DNA of 64,000 bases from Histomonas meleagridis 2922-C6/04-290x (GCA_020184695.1 JAANOX010000230.1:62001-126000); one strand, 5' to 3'; positions 46,256 through 56,981 are shown, counted from the stretch's first letter. Numbers and translations: made by a program. The notes: generated from the letters alone by a model not told the origin.

Positions 46256-48052
46256 TCATAGCCAATTGTCTTCATCTTCTTTGGCAATATCTTCAACTAA
46301 ACTATTTACTTCTTCGATTTGCTTTGTACTTGATGTTGTCGTGTCCTTAAATTGTAACTTTGAATTCGATTTTTCTTTCTTGTTATTACTTTTCACTAAA
46401 AATATAACAATTCCAACAATGACCAAAACAAATGCAAATGATCCGCAAATAATTCCAATCAAAGCATTTGTCGTAATTCCTTTTGGAGAATTTTCATCGG
46501 AAGTGTAAAACATTGTAAAGAAATTGGAATAATAATTATAATAAGTCGAATAAATAACAATCGTGTAATTGTAATAAATAAATTCTGTTTCAATATATGA
46601 AAATGTCGAATTGTTTATATATAATGAAAATGATTTCGTTTTTGTTTCATAAACAGTTAATGAATGCGTAATTGATAATGTAACTGTTAATGTATATGAA
46701 AATGATAATGAAATATCACTTTGAAGTGATACAGTAAATGTATCTGAATTAGAAAATGTATTTGATTTTGTGAGTGTATTTGATTGACTAAATGAATGTG
46801 TTGGAAGTGGTTCGCATATTCCTTCTGTGGGTTCGCTAACAACACCCAAACTTCCAAAATGATCGTCTACATATGTTGGATATGTGATAACGCTTGTTGA
46901 AACATTAAAAAATGCACTTTCGCCAATATTTGGTTCTTTATCTCCATAATAATAAATGCATTGAAGATTATAACAATTCCCAAATGCTGAATTTCCAATT
47001 TCTCTAATTCCATTTCCAAGTGTTAATATCGTTAAATTAGAACACGATGCAAATGCTGAATTCCCAATTGATGTAACTGAATTTGGAATTGTAATGTTTT
47101 TGATTAATGAACAGAATGAAAATGATGAACCACTAATTGTTGTAACATTTTCTCCAAAAATAATCGTTTCTAAATTAAAACATGACGAAAGCACATTAAT
47201 TCCAATATTTGTGACTGAGCTACCAAAATTAACTGAAACAACTGAAGGCCATTCTGAAAATGCACTATTTGGAATTGAATATATATTTTCACTGATAATT
47301 ATAAATTTTGTTATGTTTTGATATTTATTAATATCTTCAAATTCATTTGAATACATGATTGAAAGTGTTGAATCATCATAGTTAAATATTTGCAATGAAT
47401 TTGCAAAAAACATAACAAAAACAAAAATATTTTCAATTTTTTTCTTTTCTTTTACTTTCAATATATATTTGGTCGTTGATATTTTCTGAACTGAAACCGT
47501 ATTTTTCTGATAAAATTTGATATAAATAACCGAAAATATAATTGAAAAAATGACAGTTAAATAATGTAAAACATTCAAAATATTTGGTCCTTCTTCGTTA
47601 TCGTTTCGCATCAACAAAAAATGTGAAAATTCACCTTTTAGAGAAGATATATCTTCATAATATTTGAGCAAGATTTCCTCAAATGTGCTATTCTTGTCAA
47701 ATATATCAATTTCGAAATCTTTTTTCAAAATGTTTGAAAAATATGTTCTTCGAAATTTTTGTTGGTTATTAAAATCTTGACGTACTATTGTTGTATATTC
47801 ATTGTTTTTTATCAAATTTAAAAATATTTTGTTTATCAAAACTTTATAATTATTATGAAATCTTTTGAATTTTTTGTTCATAATTTCATTAATTGTTACT
47901 TCCTTATCACATTTGTAAGTCACTCCTTCCTTGTTTTCGTGGTTTTGTATTTGGAACATTTCTTCTTGAATACTAGATAGTGTAATAAGCTTTGTATCGT
48001 CTCTAAAACGTTTCCTTACTATCGCAAATAGTAACAAAATAAGAATTTTCAT
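46256..48052 (-). CDS. BspA-like (TpLRR) surface protein with an unusual N-terminal extension
   Basis: LRRs IPNSVTSIGNSAFASCSNL; Ser/Thr/Phe stalk PTHSFSQSNTLTKSNTF; C-terminal TM and acidic tail. Confidence 0.85.
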   Translation of the reverse strand: MKILILLLFAIVRKRFRDDTKLITLSSIQEEMFQIQNHENKEGVTYKCDKEVTINEIMNKKFKRFHNNYKVLINKIFLNLIKNNEYTTIVRQDFNNQQKFRRTYFSNILKKDFEIDIFDKNSTFEEILLKYYEDISSLKGEFSHFLLMRNDNEEGPNILNVLHYLTVIFSIIFSVIYIKFYQKNTVSVQKISTTKYILKVKEKKKIENIFVFVMFFANSLQIFNYDDSTLSIMYSNEFEDINKYQNITKFIIISENIYSIPNSAFSEWPSVVSVNFGSSVTNIGINVLSSCFNLETIIFGENVTTISGSSFSFCSLIKNITIPNSVTSIGNSAFASCSNLTILTLGNGIREIGNSAFGNCYNLQCIYYYGDKEPNIGESAFFNVSTSVITYPTYVDDHFGSLGVVSEPTEGICEPLPTHSFSQSNTLTKSNTFSNSDTFTVSLQSDISLSFSYTLTVTLSITHSLTVYETKTKSFSLYINNSTFSYIETEFIYYNYTIVIYSTYYNYYSNFFTMFYTSDENSPKGITTNALIGIICGSFAFVLVIVGIVIFLVKSNNKKEKSNSKLQFKDTTTSSTKQIEEVNSLVEDIAKEDEDNWL

Positions 48053-48768
48053 GTTTCAGTTTGTAGTATACTACAAGGCCTTCACCAAATATACATCGGC
48101 TATCACAAAAGTTTAAAATCTTACGGTTAACCTATAAAAAATTTGTTGATTTATTGTAGTTTTTCAAATTAATTTTGAAACATTTGAAATGATGTTTTAG
48201 AGCCAAAATCAAAGAGATAACTTTAAAACATCACAAAGACACTTTCAAATAATTTTATGAATACATGTATTAAAGTTGAAAATGTGATACATCCCTACAC
48301 GCATAAATTTATGGATTTTTTTATATTCATATATTTCAATTATTTGAATACTTTATTTTATTATTACTTTCTTTTGTGTTCATATAAAGAGCCTATAGAA
48401 AATTATAAGGAAAACATTTATCAAATCTATTAAAATTTGAAAGAGATAAAGATTCGGAATATAGTTGTCGAAAATAAGTACTGGGTACCCACTTTTTTAT
48501 GCATACTCTATCATTGAATCCATAACACGAGTGCAGATAGGGTACCCTATCGTTTTGCGACGGTTTTTGGGTACTCAACGTTTTCATAACACATTTTTGA
48601 AACAACAAAGAGATTGAAGGAAAATGGAAAAATCGATAAACATAAAACTCGAAAAGATTTCCTTGTTGATTGTGTGAATTTATCGGATACACCTTTTTCA
48701 CGATCACTCTATCGGTATTTTGGGGCTACCTCATATTCAAAAACATTACTTGCAATTAAAAAGTATTA

Positions 48769-49954
48769 ATGGGAAATAATCAAGCTCAAATCAAAGAAAA
48801 AAATACAGATTTTATAGGAATATTGCAACAAATAGAAGATGATATCTTTAATATGAATGAAAACAATATTTTAGAAACAGTTGAGTCAACATTATATTTT
48901 ATAATTCAGCAATATCCATATTCATTTAAACTTATAATTTGTCAATTACTTTATTCATATTTTGAATTTTTTTGAATAAAAAAAATTATTTAAAATAAAA
49001 GAAGAAGAATTATATAAGAAAAATAAAGGTATAAATAATGAAATGAAAGAAGATAATATCATTAATATTTTTACAGAATTTCTTTTTAAATTGAATACAC
49101 AAGAATCGAATTATATTCTCGAAAGATTAATAGAAAATAAAATAATTGAAGACAAAAAGATCAGAAGTATAAACTCATTATTATTTATTAATTATAAAAG
49201 AAAAAAAGAAATTAAAAATATAAAATCTAAGTTTCTACAATCAACTTTAGATAATTACAAAGCTCTTTCAAAGAATAATTTTGAACTTCATAAGCAATAT
49301 GTTAAAGAAGGTGTTAATCCAAATGTAATTTCAAAAATAATTCGAAATGATGAAATAGATAAACTTCAAGAAATGTCATCACAATCAAATTTCGATTTTA
49401 ATCAAACAATTGAACCATCACTTTATGAAAGATGTTCATTTATTAATGAAGATAATGTTACATTAATTGATTATGCAGCATTTTTTGGATCAGTTAAATG
49501 TTTTAAGTATTTACTTATAAATAATGCTAAAATAAATAACACAGGTAGATATGCAGTTGCAAGTGGGAATGAAGAAATCATTCATTTACGTGAACAAAAT
49601 CATTCATCATTTGATAAAGCATATGAAACAGCAATTATGTTTCACCGAAATGATATTTTTCATTATTTGAATGAAAATCATAAGAATATTCATGATTTAG
49701 AATTTTTAGGGAAGAAATGTATTTTGAATAACAATTATAATATTCTTTCATTTTTAGAAAAAGAAGGCATGCAAGCTGATAAATTGATTCTTATTGCATC
49801 AATTGATAATGGGAATTTATTTATTTTCCAATATTTTCAAGATAAAATATCAAAACCAATAAAATTTTCAGAGATTTCAAGTTATTCTGGTAATAAAGAA
49901 CTGTTTAATTACCTTATTAAACATAAATATATTGACTTAAAACAAAATGTTTGA
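48769..49954 (+). pseudogene. DUF3447-type ankyrin-family gene, interrupted near 48975
   Basis: IRNDEIDKLQ, FDFNQTIE, IDYAAFFGSVKCFKYL and AIMFHRNDIFHYL. The 68 aa N-terminal piece is separated by T7/A8 runs containing stops. Confidence 0.75.
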
Positions 49955-50025
49955 AAAATTTGTATGAATTTTATTAAAATGATTTTATATATCAAAATAA
50001 TATTTGGAAATTATTTAAAATATTT

Positions 50026-50575
50026 AGAGCACTTATTTTAGAATCTGAAAATGGTCATACAGAAATAGTTAAATTACTTCTTGAACAAGAAAGAATTGAT
50101 GTTAATGCTAAAGATATTTATTTGCTTTATTTAATATTTATTTTAATAATTCTTTATTTCGAAATAGTATTTGGAAATTATTTAAATTATTTAAAACAGC
50201 ACTTATGTTTGCATCTTGGAATGGTCATACAGAAATTGTTAAATTACTTCTTGAACAAAAAGGAATTGATATTAATGCTAAAAATATTTATTTGTTTTAT
50301 TTAGTATTTATTTTAATAATTTTATATTTCAAAATAATATTTGGAAATTATTTAAATTATTTAGAACAGCACTTATGAAAGCATCTGAAAATGGTCATAC
50401 AGAAATCGTTAAATTACTTCTTGAACAAGAAGGAATTGATATTAATGCTAAAGATATTTATTTGTTTTATTTAATATTTATTTTAATAATTTTATATTTC
50501 AAAATAATATTTGGAAATTATTTAAATTATTTAATACAGCACTTATGTACGCATCTTATAAAGGTCGTAAAAAAA
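50026..50575 (+). repeat. Tandem 170-bp units, each one ankyrin repeat plus a conserved AT-rich spacer
   Basis: Unit starts at 50026, 50196, 50366 and 50536. Each encodes TALMxASxNGHTEIVKLLLEQxGIDINAKD and then 80 nt before the next TAL, so the period is not a multiple of 3. Confidence 0.9.
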
Positions 50576-50790
50576 TAGTTGGTTTAATTAAAAAGAAACT
50601 TGAAATAAATAATTCGTATAAAGTATCATTTAAATAACTTATATAAAGATGAAATAATAAGAAGAACTTAATTTTTTCATTAAGAATAATAGTTCTTGAA
50701 AAGGATTATTTTATATATTTCAAATATAATATTTTATTCATAAATTTCTCTCTGAGTAAATAAAATTTTCATAAATTATTTACTTATTCT

Positions 50791-51026
50791 TTAGGTGATT
50801 AATCCTTGCGAAATCACAGTTGTAGTGTCCTGTTCATTCTTTTTCTTTTTTGCTTTGACAAAACATATAATTCCGATAATTACTCCGATTATAGAAGCAG
50901 CTACAGCAATGGAAATTACAACGATTGGATCTTTTCCTAATCCATCTTTTTTATATCCAGAGATGATTTGTTTTATATATTCAAGACTTTTGTCCATGTT
51001 ACAATTGTAACATTTTTATTTAAGAA
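50791..51026 (-). pseudogene. 3' remnant of a single-pass surface protein gene
   Basis: TM and basic tail (PIVVISIAVAASIIGVIIGIICFVKAKKKK) with no signal peptide or ectodomain; shares 44 bp with 23150-23193. Confidence 0.5.
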
Positions 51027-51301
51027 TTTCAGCATATAAAAAGTTAGGAGACCAATCAACAAAAAAAAAGGTATTCATATTCAACAAATTAAATGAATTA
51101 CCACAAAATCTGTTTCATAAATCATTAAAAAAAATCTATTTTTCAGACATGATAAAACACAATATGAAGAATTATCCTGTAAGAATAATTTGATCGAATT
51201 AAATGACTTTAGATTCTAAACGTTCTCTGTGCGAACAGATTTTGCTTATAACTTTTTGTATAGTATATTTTTAAAAATAGCAAACTCGAAAAAAAGGGAT
51301 T

Positions 51302-52585
51302 ATGACTAAGGTTTTACCTCTCGGATTATCAGTTTTCAAATTCCAAATTCGTTCTTCAGCTTCAACAAAATTATCTTGGTTTGTTTTTTTCTTCTCATTT
51401 TTAATTAGCATTATTTATGCAATCATTAATGAAAAAGATAGTGAAATTCAGATCGAATACAAGGGATTGCAAACAAAAGAAGGAAATAGATCTTATGTTC
51501 TTGCTTCATTCCCTGGTACGAACTATACAAATCTTTTTTCAATTATTTTGTTGACTTTCATGAATGATAATCTCGATATTTTACCCATAAATACCGAATT
51601 TTGTTGTCAGTGGTTTCATCCAGTCAAGAGCTCTATTATTCCACTTCAATATTTTGCTTCAAATGATACAGTAAGATTATTCTTATCTGGATTTTTTTCT
51701 TATGATTTACTTACATCACAAATCCACATAGAAAACAAAGAAAACAACATCCATTCTGTTCGTATTTTATATATTACAGGAAATCCAGAATTTGGAGAAA
51801 TCACAATTCGCATTCGATACATACTTTCCTTTATTTCTCTTGCGTGCTTTGTTGTGTACTTACCTTCGCTTATCTTTTTTACTCACAAAAAAGTTCGTAC
51901 GGAACAATTATTATCTTTATTTGGATTATTAATATCTTTCTTGTCCAATTTCCCTCTTAGTTTTAATGACAGACTTTACGATAACATTTACGCTTATGTG
52001 TTTTCGTTAGCTATGAAAGGTATATTTCATACATATATTCTTGTATGCATGTATCTCTTCTTATATATTGCTAATTCTGGTAAACACGTTTTGCTTTGTT
52101 TGCTTCTCTCCATTCTTATAGTTATTGGAAGTGGTTTTTCCGAAGTCACCAAAGATACGAGATTACTTGGAATGTTCTTTGAAGGTAATGTTATAGTTTC
52201 TATATACTTTAGCACTGTTACTATCATTGGGAAAGTTTGTATTTGTTCTCTAATTGTTTATAATATTATCGATTTCATGATACAAGGAAAAGATGGAACC
52301 ATCTTATTCCTAGCCTATGGTATCTCCTCTTTCTTCCTTGTATTGATGTGCTTTACTAGTTGGATAGACATTGTCTTGAACCATTACGAGAATTATTCAC
52401 TTGAATTCTTTACATATTATTCTTTCCAAACGATACTGTCACTTTTTTATGCCGACATTCATTGGCCTCAAATCCCTTATTCTAAAAATAGAAATTATCA
52501 AGAAAAAGCACTTGATAATTCTGGATTTCAAGAAGTTAGTTCTGTTCATGAAACAGTTGGAGATGAAGTAAATAATTTTGATTGA
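51302..52585 (+). CDS. Multi-pass membrane protein, weakly Wntless/TMEM181-like
   Basis: N-terminal TM, lumenal domain, then about 7 hydrophobic helices; RTEQLLSLFGLLISFLSNFP. Confidence 0.6.
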   Translation: MTKVLPLGLSVFKFQIRSSASTKLSWFVFFFSFLISIIYAIINEKDSEIQIEYKGLQTKEGNRSYVLASFPGTNYTNLFSIILLTFMNDNLDILPINTEFCCQWFHPVKSSIIPLQYFASNDTVRLFLSGFFSYDLLTSQIHIENKENNIHSVRILYITGNPEFGEITIRIRYILSFISLACFVVYLPSLIFFTHKKVRTEQLLSLFGLLISFLSNFPLSFNDRLYDNIYAYVFSLAMKGIFHTYILVCMYLFLYIANSGKHVLLCLLLSILIVIGSGFSEVTKDTRLLGMFFEGNVIVSIYFSTVTIIGKVCICSLIVYNIIDFMIQGKDGTILFLAYGISSFFLVLMCFTSWIDIVLNHYENYSLEFFTYYSFQTILSLFYADIHWPQIPYSKNRNYQEKALDNSGFQEVSSVHETVGDEVNNFD

Positions 52586-52684
52586 ATGAATTCATAACGT
52601 GTTAACCGTCAGAAAAACGGTTATCAATTCAAATAACTTTTCGTTTTTCAGGGCAAATTATGTAATGAAAAAGTTATTAGTGTA

Positions 52685-53341
52685 ATGGATGTAAAATCAA
52701 TGCTCAACAAAAAGGTTCAACTACCTCCAATCGATATGTTTTTCAATGGAAATCATGCTGGAGTATCACCAGCTACCCAACTCCCACCTCTTGAATCAAC
52801 AAGTTTCCCAGTAAATAATTGTCAACCAACAATGAACCCAATTGTTGAGGAAAACGAAGAGCCTGAAGAACCTGAAGACAGCGGAGATCCAAATAGATCA
52901 GCACCTTATACATTAAGGGATGACTTACTTATCTTTAAGGTAGTTGCAACATATTATGGCTTTGGATTCCACGGAAAGATTCCATGGTCATTTTGGCAGA
53001 CCTACAAAAGGGTCGCTAACTCAAATAGATCTAATTCAAGTTTGTACCATCATTGGAATGGAGCAATGAAGAAAAAATACGACGCTTTTATTTCTAATGG
53101 AAGACTTGGTGATTGTATAATGTGGCTGGAAGCTGTTATTTCTTCAGAAGGAGTGAAGAATACACAACAACCTTATCAGCCAACAGGCCAACCACTATTT
53201 CATAATAGATCTCAGCCATCTGTTCCACTGTCTCAGTTTAACATCCAACAACCAAAACAGCCGCTTGCTCTAGTAAGAACTTCATCTTCCTTCAGTGCGG
53301 CTGACATACCAAATTTTCCTCAAAAACAGATGAATTTATGA
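52685..53341 (+). CDS. Myb/SANT-like DNA-binding domain protein
   Basis: PYTLRDDLLIFKVV...PWSFWQ...RSNSSLYHHWNGAMKKKY helix-turn-helix pattern. Confidence 0.55.
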   Translation: MDVKSMLNKKVQLPPIDMFFNGNHAGVSPATQLPPLESTSFPVNNCQPTMNPIVEENEEPEEPEDSGDPNRSAPYTLRDDLLIFKVVATYYGFGFHGKIPWSFWQTYKRVANSNRSNSSLYHHWNGAMKKKYDAFISNGRLGDCIMWLEAVISSEGVKNTQQPYQPTGQPLFHNRSQPSVPLSQFNIQQPKQPLALVRTSSSFSAADIPNFPQKQMNL

Positions 53342-53792
53342 CTACGCGTAGATAAATATATTTTCCATCACAACAAAAGTATTACTCTTGAGGAAAATGA
53401 TGGAATTACAGCAATAAAAAGAAATAAAGAGTATTTTTTCACATTCTTTTGTTCTATCGTACAATGAATTCAATTTCGGTTTTCGTTCCATCCATTCAAT
53501 TATTCTGAAGAAAATATTTACACAACAAATTTTACTCACAATTTTGAATGGAATTAATTTCTTTGTGAGGTGTTTTTTCGATGAAGATTTTTCCCCTATG
53601 TGAACTTGTTGTGAAGAGTTTTTTTGAAGTTTTTAAATGAACTATTTCAATCTATCATAAACACAAAGTATTATTTGATTAGTAAATTGATTTGTTGAAC
53701 ATGATGTGAAATAAGAATTTTATTAAACAGTTAAAAATTAATTCAAAATTGAATTAACAACGATCAAAAATACCTAAAAAAGTTTCAGCTGA

Positions 53793-54524
53793 TTAAAGGT
53801 TTAGCATATCCTCTAACGTGAAATCTGGTGTTGAAGCAAGAACTTCAGCATCAGTTTTTCCTTCAACATCTTTGTGAGTTGGAATTGGTGGGATTTTGTC
53901 AAGCTTTTTGATTCCTTTCTTGAAATTAGCTAAATATTCGGCTTCATTAGCTCTTGTTTGTGGTTGGCGAGCAGAATAATAGCAAAGAGAGCGAACTGGT
54001 TGCATACCACTAAATCTAAATCCAAAAGTAGTTGCAAATAGAACGCTATCAATAGGAGCAACCTTTTCAAATAACAATTTACCAGCACCAGTGGTGATGA
54101 TGCACATGATTTTCTTGCCACTAAGAAGACCTGATTCCATATTATGTGTTTTATCATATGCAAAGCCGAATGTGAAAACACGTTCAATATATGCATAGAA
54201 GCATGCTGGGAAACGGAAGTAGTACATTGGACCAACTACAATGACATGTGTAGCCCACTTAAGAAGTTCTTGTTGCTTTGTGATTTCTTCAACTAAATTG
54301 TTTTCTAATGCTTGGCTAGCTTGTGGTAAGAAATCGTCACCTTCAAAAACAGGGTGAACATAATCGTTAATGGAAATTGTTTTAAGAAATCCTTCAGACT
54401 TTAAATCAACAACTTTAACCTCATTGCCATCCTCAAGGAGAGATTCCTTAGCAGCGTTAGCAAGTCTGTAAGCTGTTGCATGGTTATTAGGGTCTTGATG
54501 AGCGATTAAAATTAGAACCTTCAT
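53793..54524 (-). CDS. NAD(P)H:quinone oxidoreductase, flavodoxin-like fold (Flavodoxin_2)
   Basis: MKVLILIAH, QQELLKWATHVIVVGPMYYFRFPACFYAYIERVF, GLLSGKKIMCIITTG. Confidence 0.9.
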   Translation of the reverse strand: MKVLILIAHQDPNNHATAYRLANAAKESLLEDGNEVKVVDLKSEGFLKTISINDYVHPVFEGDDFLPQASQALENNLVEEITKQQELLKWATHVIVVGPMYYFRFPACFYAYIERVFTFGFAYDKTHNMESGLLSGKKIMCIITTGAGKLLFEKVAPIDSVLFATTFGFRFSGMQPVRSLCYYSARQPQTRANEAEYLANFKKGIKKLDKIPPIPTHKDVEGKTDAEVLASTPDFTLEDMLNL

Positions 54525-54783
54525 GTGACAAAGTGACATAAAACGATACAAAATTGAATTGGACGATTCGCCGGGCCCTCAGAATTATGTTAAAATTTAG
54601 GTTAAAATTTTAAAGCCCACAAAATTCTGAGCCTCATTTATGGATTTGAACGGTTGACATTTTTGGATTCTGAATGGACTTTCCGATAGGAGAATTTGAA
54701 CCAATTTTTATCGGAAACCTTCATAGGTATTTTTAACGTATTCACAGTTAACATCATTAACACGATATATTAAACTCGAAATG

Positions 54784-54903
54784 CGATTTCCACCCATCGT
54801 ACATAGCGATCAACCTACAATTTTGATATTGTGGATATATAATATACATACATAGTTGCATCTATGATTAATAAAATACTAAATATAATATCATGATTAG
54901 CAC
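54784..54903 (+). repeat. Left arm of a ~120-bp inverted repeat (partner at 59102-59220)
   Basis: Manual alignment gives about 80% identity, including the identical block ATAGTTGCATCTATGATTAATA. Confidence 0.85.
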
Positions 54904-55094
54904 GAGATAAATTTATTCTTTCTTTCCAAATAGTGCCAAATATCGACTTTTGCATTAGTTTACATTAAACGATATGAGCTATGATAAGTGACGATATAAG
55001 AGAATTCGAATGACGGTAAATATTATTCAATATTTACTTTTTTCTTGTAATAATAAATATTTATCCACATCATTGAAATTTGCAAACAGCCAAA

Positions 55095-55412
55095 TTAAAT
55101 GATTCTTAGTTTGTTAAAAAATAAAAATATTGAAATTTTATCAACCGTACCAGCGGGGACATAAACTAGAGCCCATAATAATGGGATATCGACATCAGTG
55201 ATCATTTTTAAAGTAAAATTCTTTACTTTACGCATACCTTGGGTAGCGACGGCAGTGATAAGGGTGGTATTTACTTGATCACCTACGGCGCCGTCACCGA
55301 CACCTGTATTAAATGTAATGTTTCCTGAACAGTTATAAGTCTCATTAGAATACTTTACAGTTTTCAATGGACGTCCACGTGAATAACTACGTCTACGTAA
55401 CCTACGAGGCAT
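55095..55412 (-). pseudogene. cap: CRESS virus capsid, 3'-truncated
   Basis: MPRRLRRRSYSRGRPLKTVKYSNET...QGMRKVKNFTL...ALVYVPAGT, then runs into AT-rich host sequence at about 55141. Confidence 0.85.
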
Positions 55413-55425
55413 AACAATAAAAAAT

Positions 55426-55773
55426 TTAATGCTGTGGGAGATTTATTAATTGAGGGTGAATAAGATAAGAAGGAACATCCTTACGGCGACGATCATAACG
55501 GATGGCACCTATCGAGACTATTGGAAGTACAATAATCCAATTCTCAACCAACTGAGGATTCTCCTTAATAAAGCCCTTAAGTAGGCCAACGTTGCTGAAA
55601 TATATGGATTTAACTTGGCCTTCATTGTCTGGCATAAGGCATGGAGCAAGGAGTGTAAAAACTGGTGGAGGGATAGGGTACGGTTTTTCATCGTCTTCCG
55701 ACTGCATTGATTCGGGACAAATATTAGAGAAATCAAAATCATTGTCGCTAAAGCCAATCGAAAGAATCTTCAT
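55426..55773 (-). CDS. Viral accessory ORF of unknown function
   Basis: Intact ATG-TAA 115 aa ORF ending 13 nt before the cap ATG; composition like the other viral ORFs. Confidence 0.7.
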   Translation of the reverse strand: MKILSIGFSDNDFDFSNICPESMQSEDDEKPYPIPPPVFTLLAPCLMPDNEGQVKSIYFSNVGLLKGFIKENPQLVENWIIVLPIVSIGAIRYDRRRKDVPSYLIHPQLINLPQH

Positions 55774-56010
55774 ATTCCTTTGGACAAAAAAAATTAAAAT
55801 GATATTCCCACATTCGTGTCAAGTTAGGAACTTGCTTATGACATGTTACATGAAAAACTTTAACTTTACAACATGTCAATTGAATACTATATTAAAAAAA
55901 AAAGAATTCAATTAGAAAAATTTCAACGGTTAGAAAATGTATAAGATTCCAATTATATAATTATATTTCAATTGAAAATAAACGTCAATGAAATTAAATC
56001 ACTTTAAAGA

Positions 56011-56981
56011 ATGATTGGTCAGAGAAGAATCCAAGAATTACAAGGAGATCAACAGGAACAACAACAACAAATTAATCAAAGAGGTACAAGATGGATCTTT
56101 ACATGGAATCAGAACCCAGACAATTGGCAAGATTTTTTTAAAGCAGATTGGTTTGAAGAAAACATCAAATACTTAATTGCAGAACAGGAATTTGCACCAA
56201 CAACTGGTATGCCTCATATTCAAGGATATTTAGAAACAAAAACCAGAGTGTATTACAACACTTTTAGATCAAAAATTAATTGTTACTGGGCATTAGCAGT
56301 AGGTTCAAGATTGAAGAATTACAAATACTGCACCAAAACTAATCAACAAGTGCTTGAAATTGGAGAAAAACTATTGGTCAAACCATGGCGATTGAAAAAG
56401 ATCAGGAAAGAAATGAAATGTTGCAGGATTTATTGAAGATGAGCTGGGAAGAATTTGGATGGAAGTGGACAGCTCAAGCCTTACATATAAGAAACAAATT
56501 ATTGAAATGGAAATTTGATCATACTCCAGTCTTACCTCCATGGAATGGCGATTTCAAAACGAAGAATTATTGGATTTACGGTCCACCGGGTACCGGTAAA
56601 ACAAAATGGGCAAGAAGTCAAATGGACCCGGATAAAACATTCTTCAAATTACAAAATAAATGGTGGGAACATTATGATGACTTCCGCCATAAATTAGTCT
56701 TAATTGAAGATATGTCATTAGATAAAGCAAAATTATTAATAGACCACCTAAAGAACCGGTCGGATAGGTTCTGGTTCGCTGCTGAAATAAAAGGTGCAGC
56801 AATTAAAGCAAATCCTGGAAAGTGGTTCTTAATAGTTACATCAAATCATTCTATCGAAGATTGCTTAGGAAATAACAATGATGCTTTGGCCATAAAAGAA
56901 TAATTTATAGAGGTAAATGTAAATGATCCTAATGACATTTTTTTCCGAACTCAATCAAATTATAACATTTTGACTCAATAA
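56011..56981 (+). pseudogene. rep: CRESS Rep (HUH endonuclease plus SF3 helicase), frameshifted with premature stop
   Basis: Motif I WIFTWN, II PHIQGY, III YKYCTK; Walker A GPPGTGKT, Walker B LIEDM, motif C VTSN. Frameshift at about 56365-56385; TAA at 56901-56903, after which the frame continues FIEVNVNDPNDIFF...LTQ to 56981. Confidence 0.95.

Noticed and set aside
50026-50575. Regular repeat-spacer pattern resembling a CRISPR array
   Set aside because: The whole 170-bp unit is repeated, it encodes ankyrin motifs, there are no unique spacers or cas genes, and the host is eukaryotic.
53377-53385. AAGTATTAC, a canonical-looking CRESS nonanucleotide
   Set aside because: About 1.8 kb outside the viral element, beyond a host gene, and with no convincing stem; expected by chance in AT-rich DNA.
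54578-54631. 9-bp inverted repeat CTCAGAATT / AATTCTGAG upstream of the oxidoreductase
   Set aside because: Short AT-rich stem with a 36-nt loop; compatible with chance.
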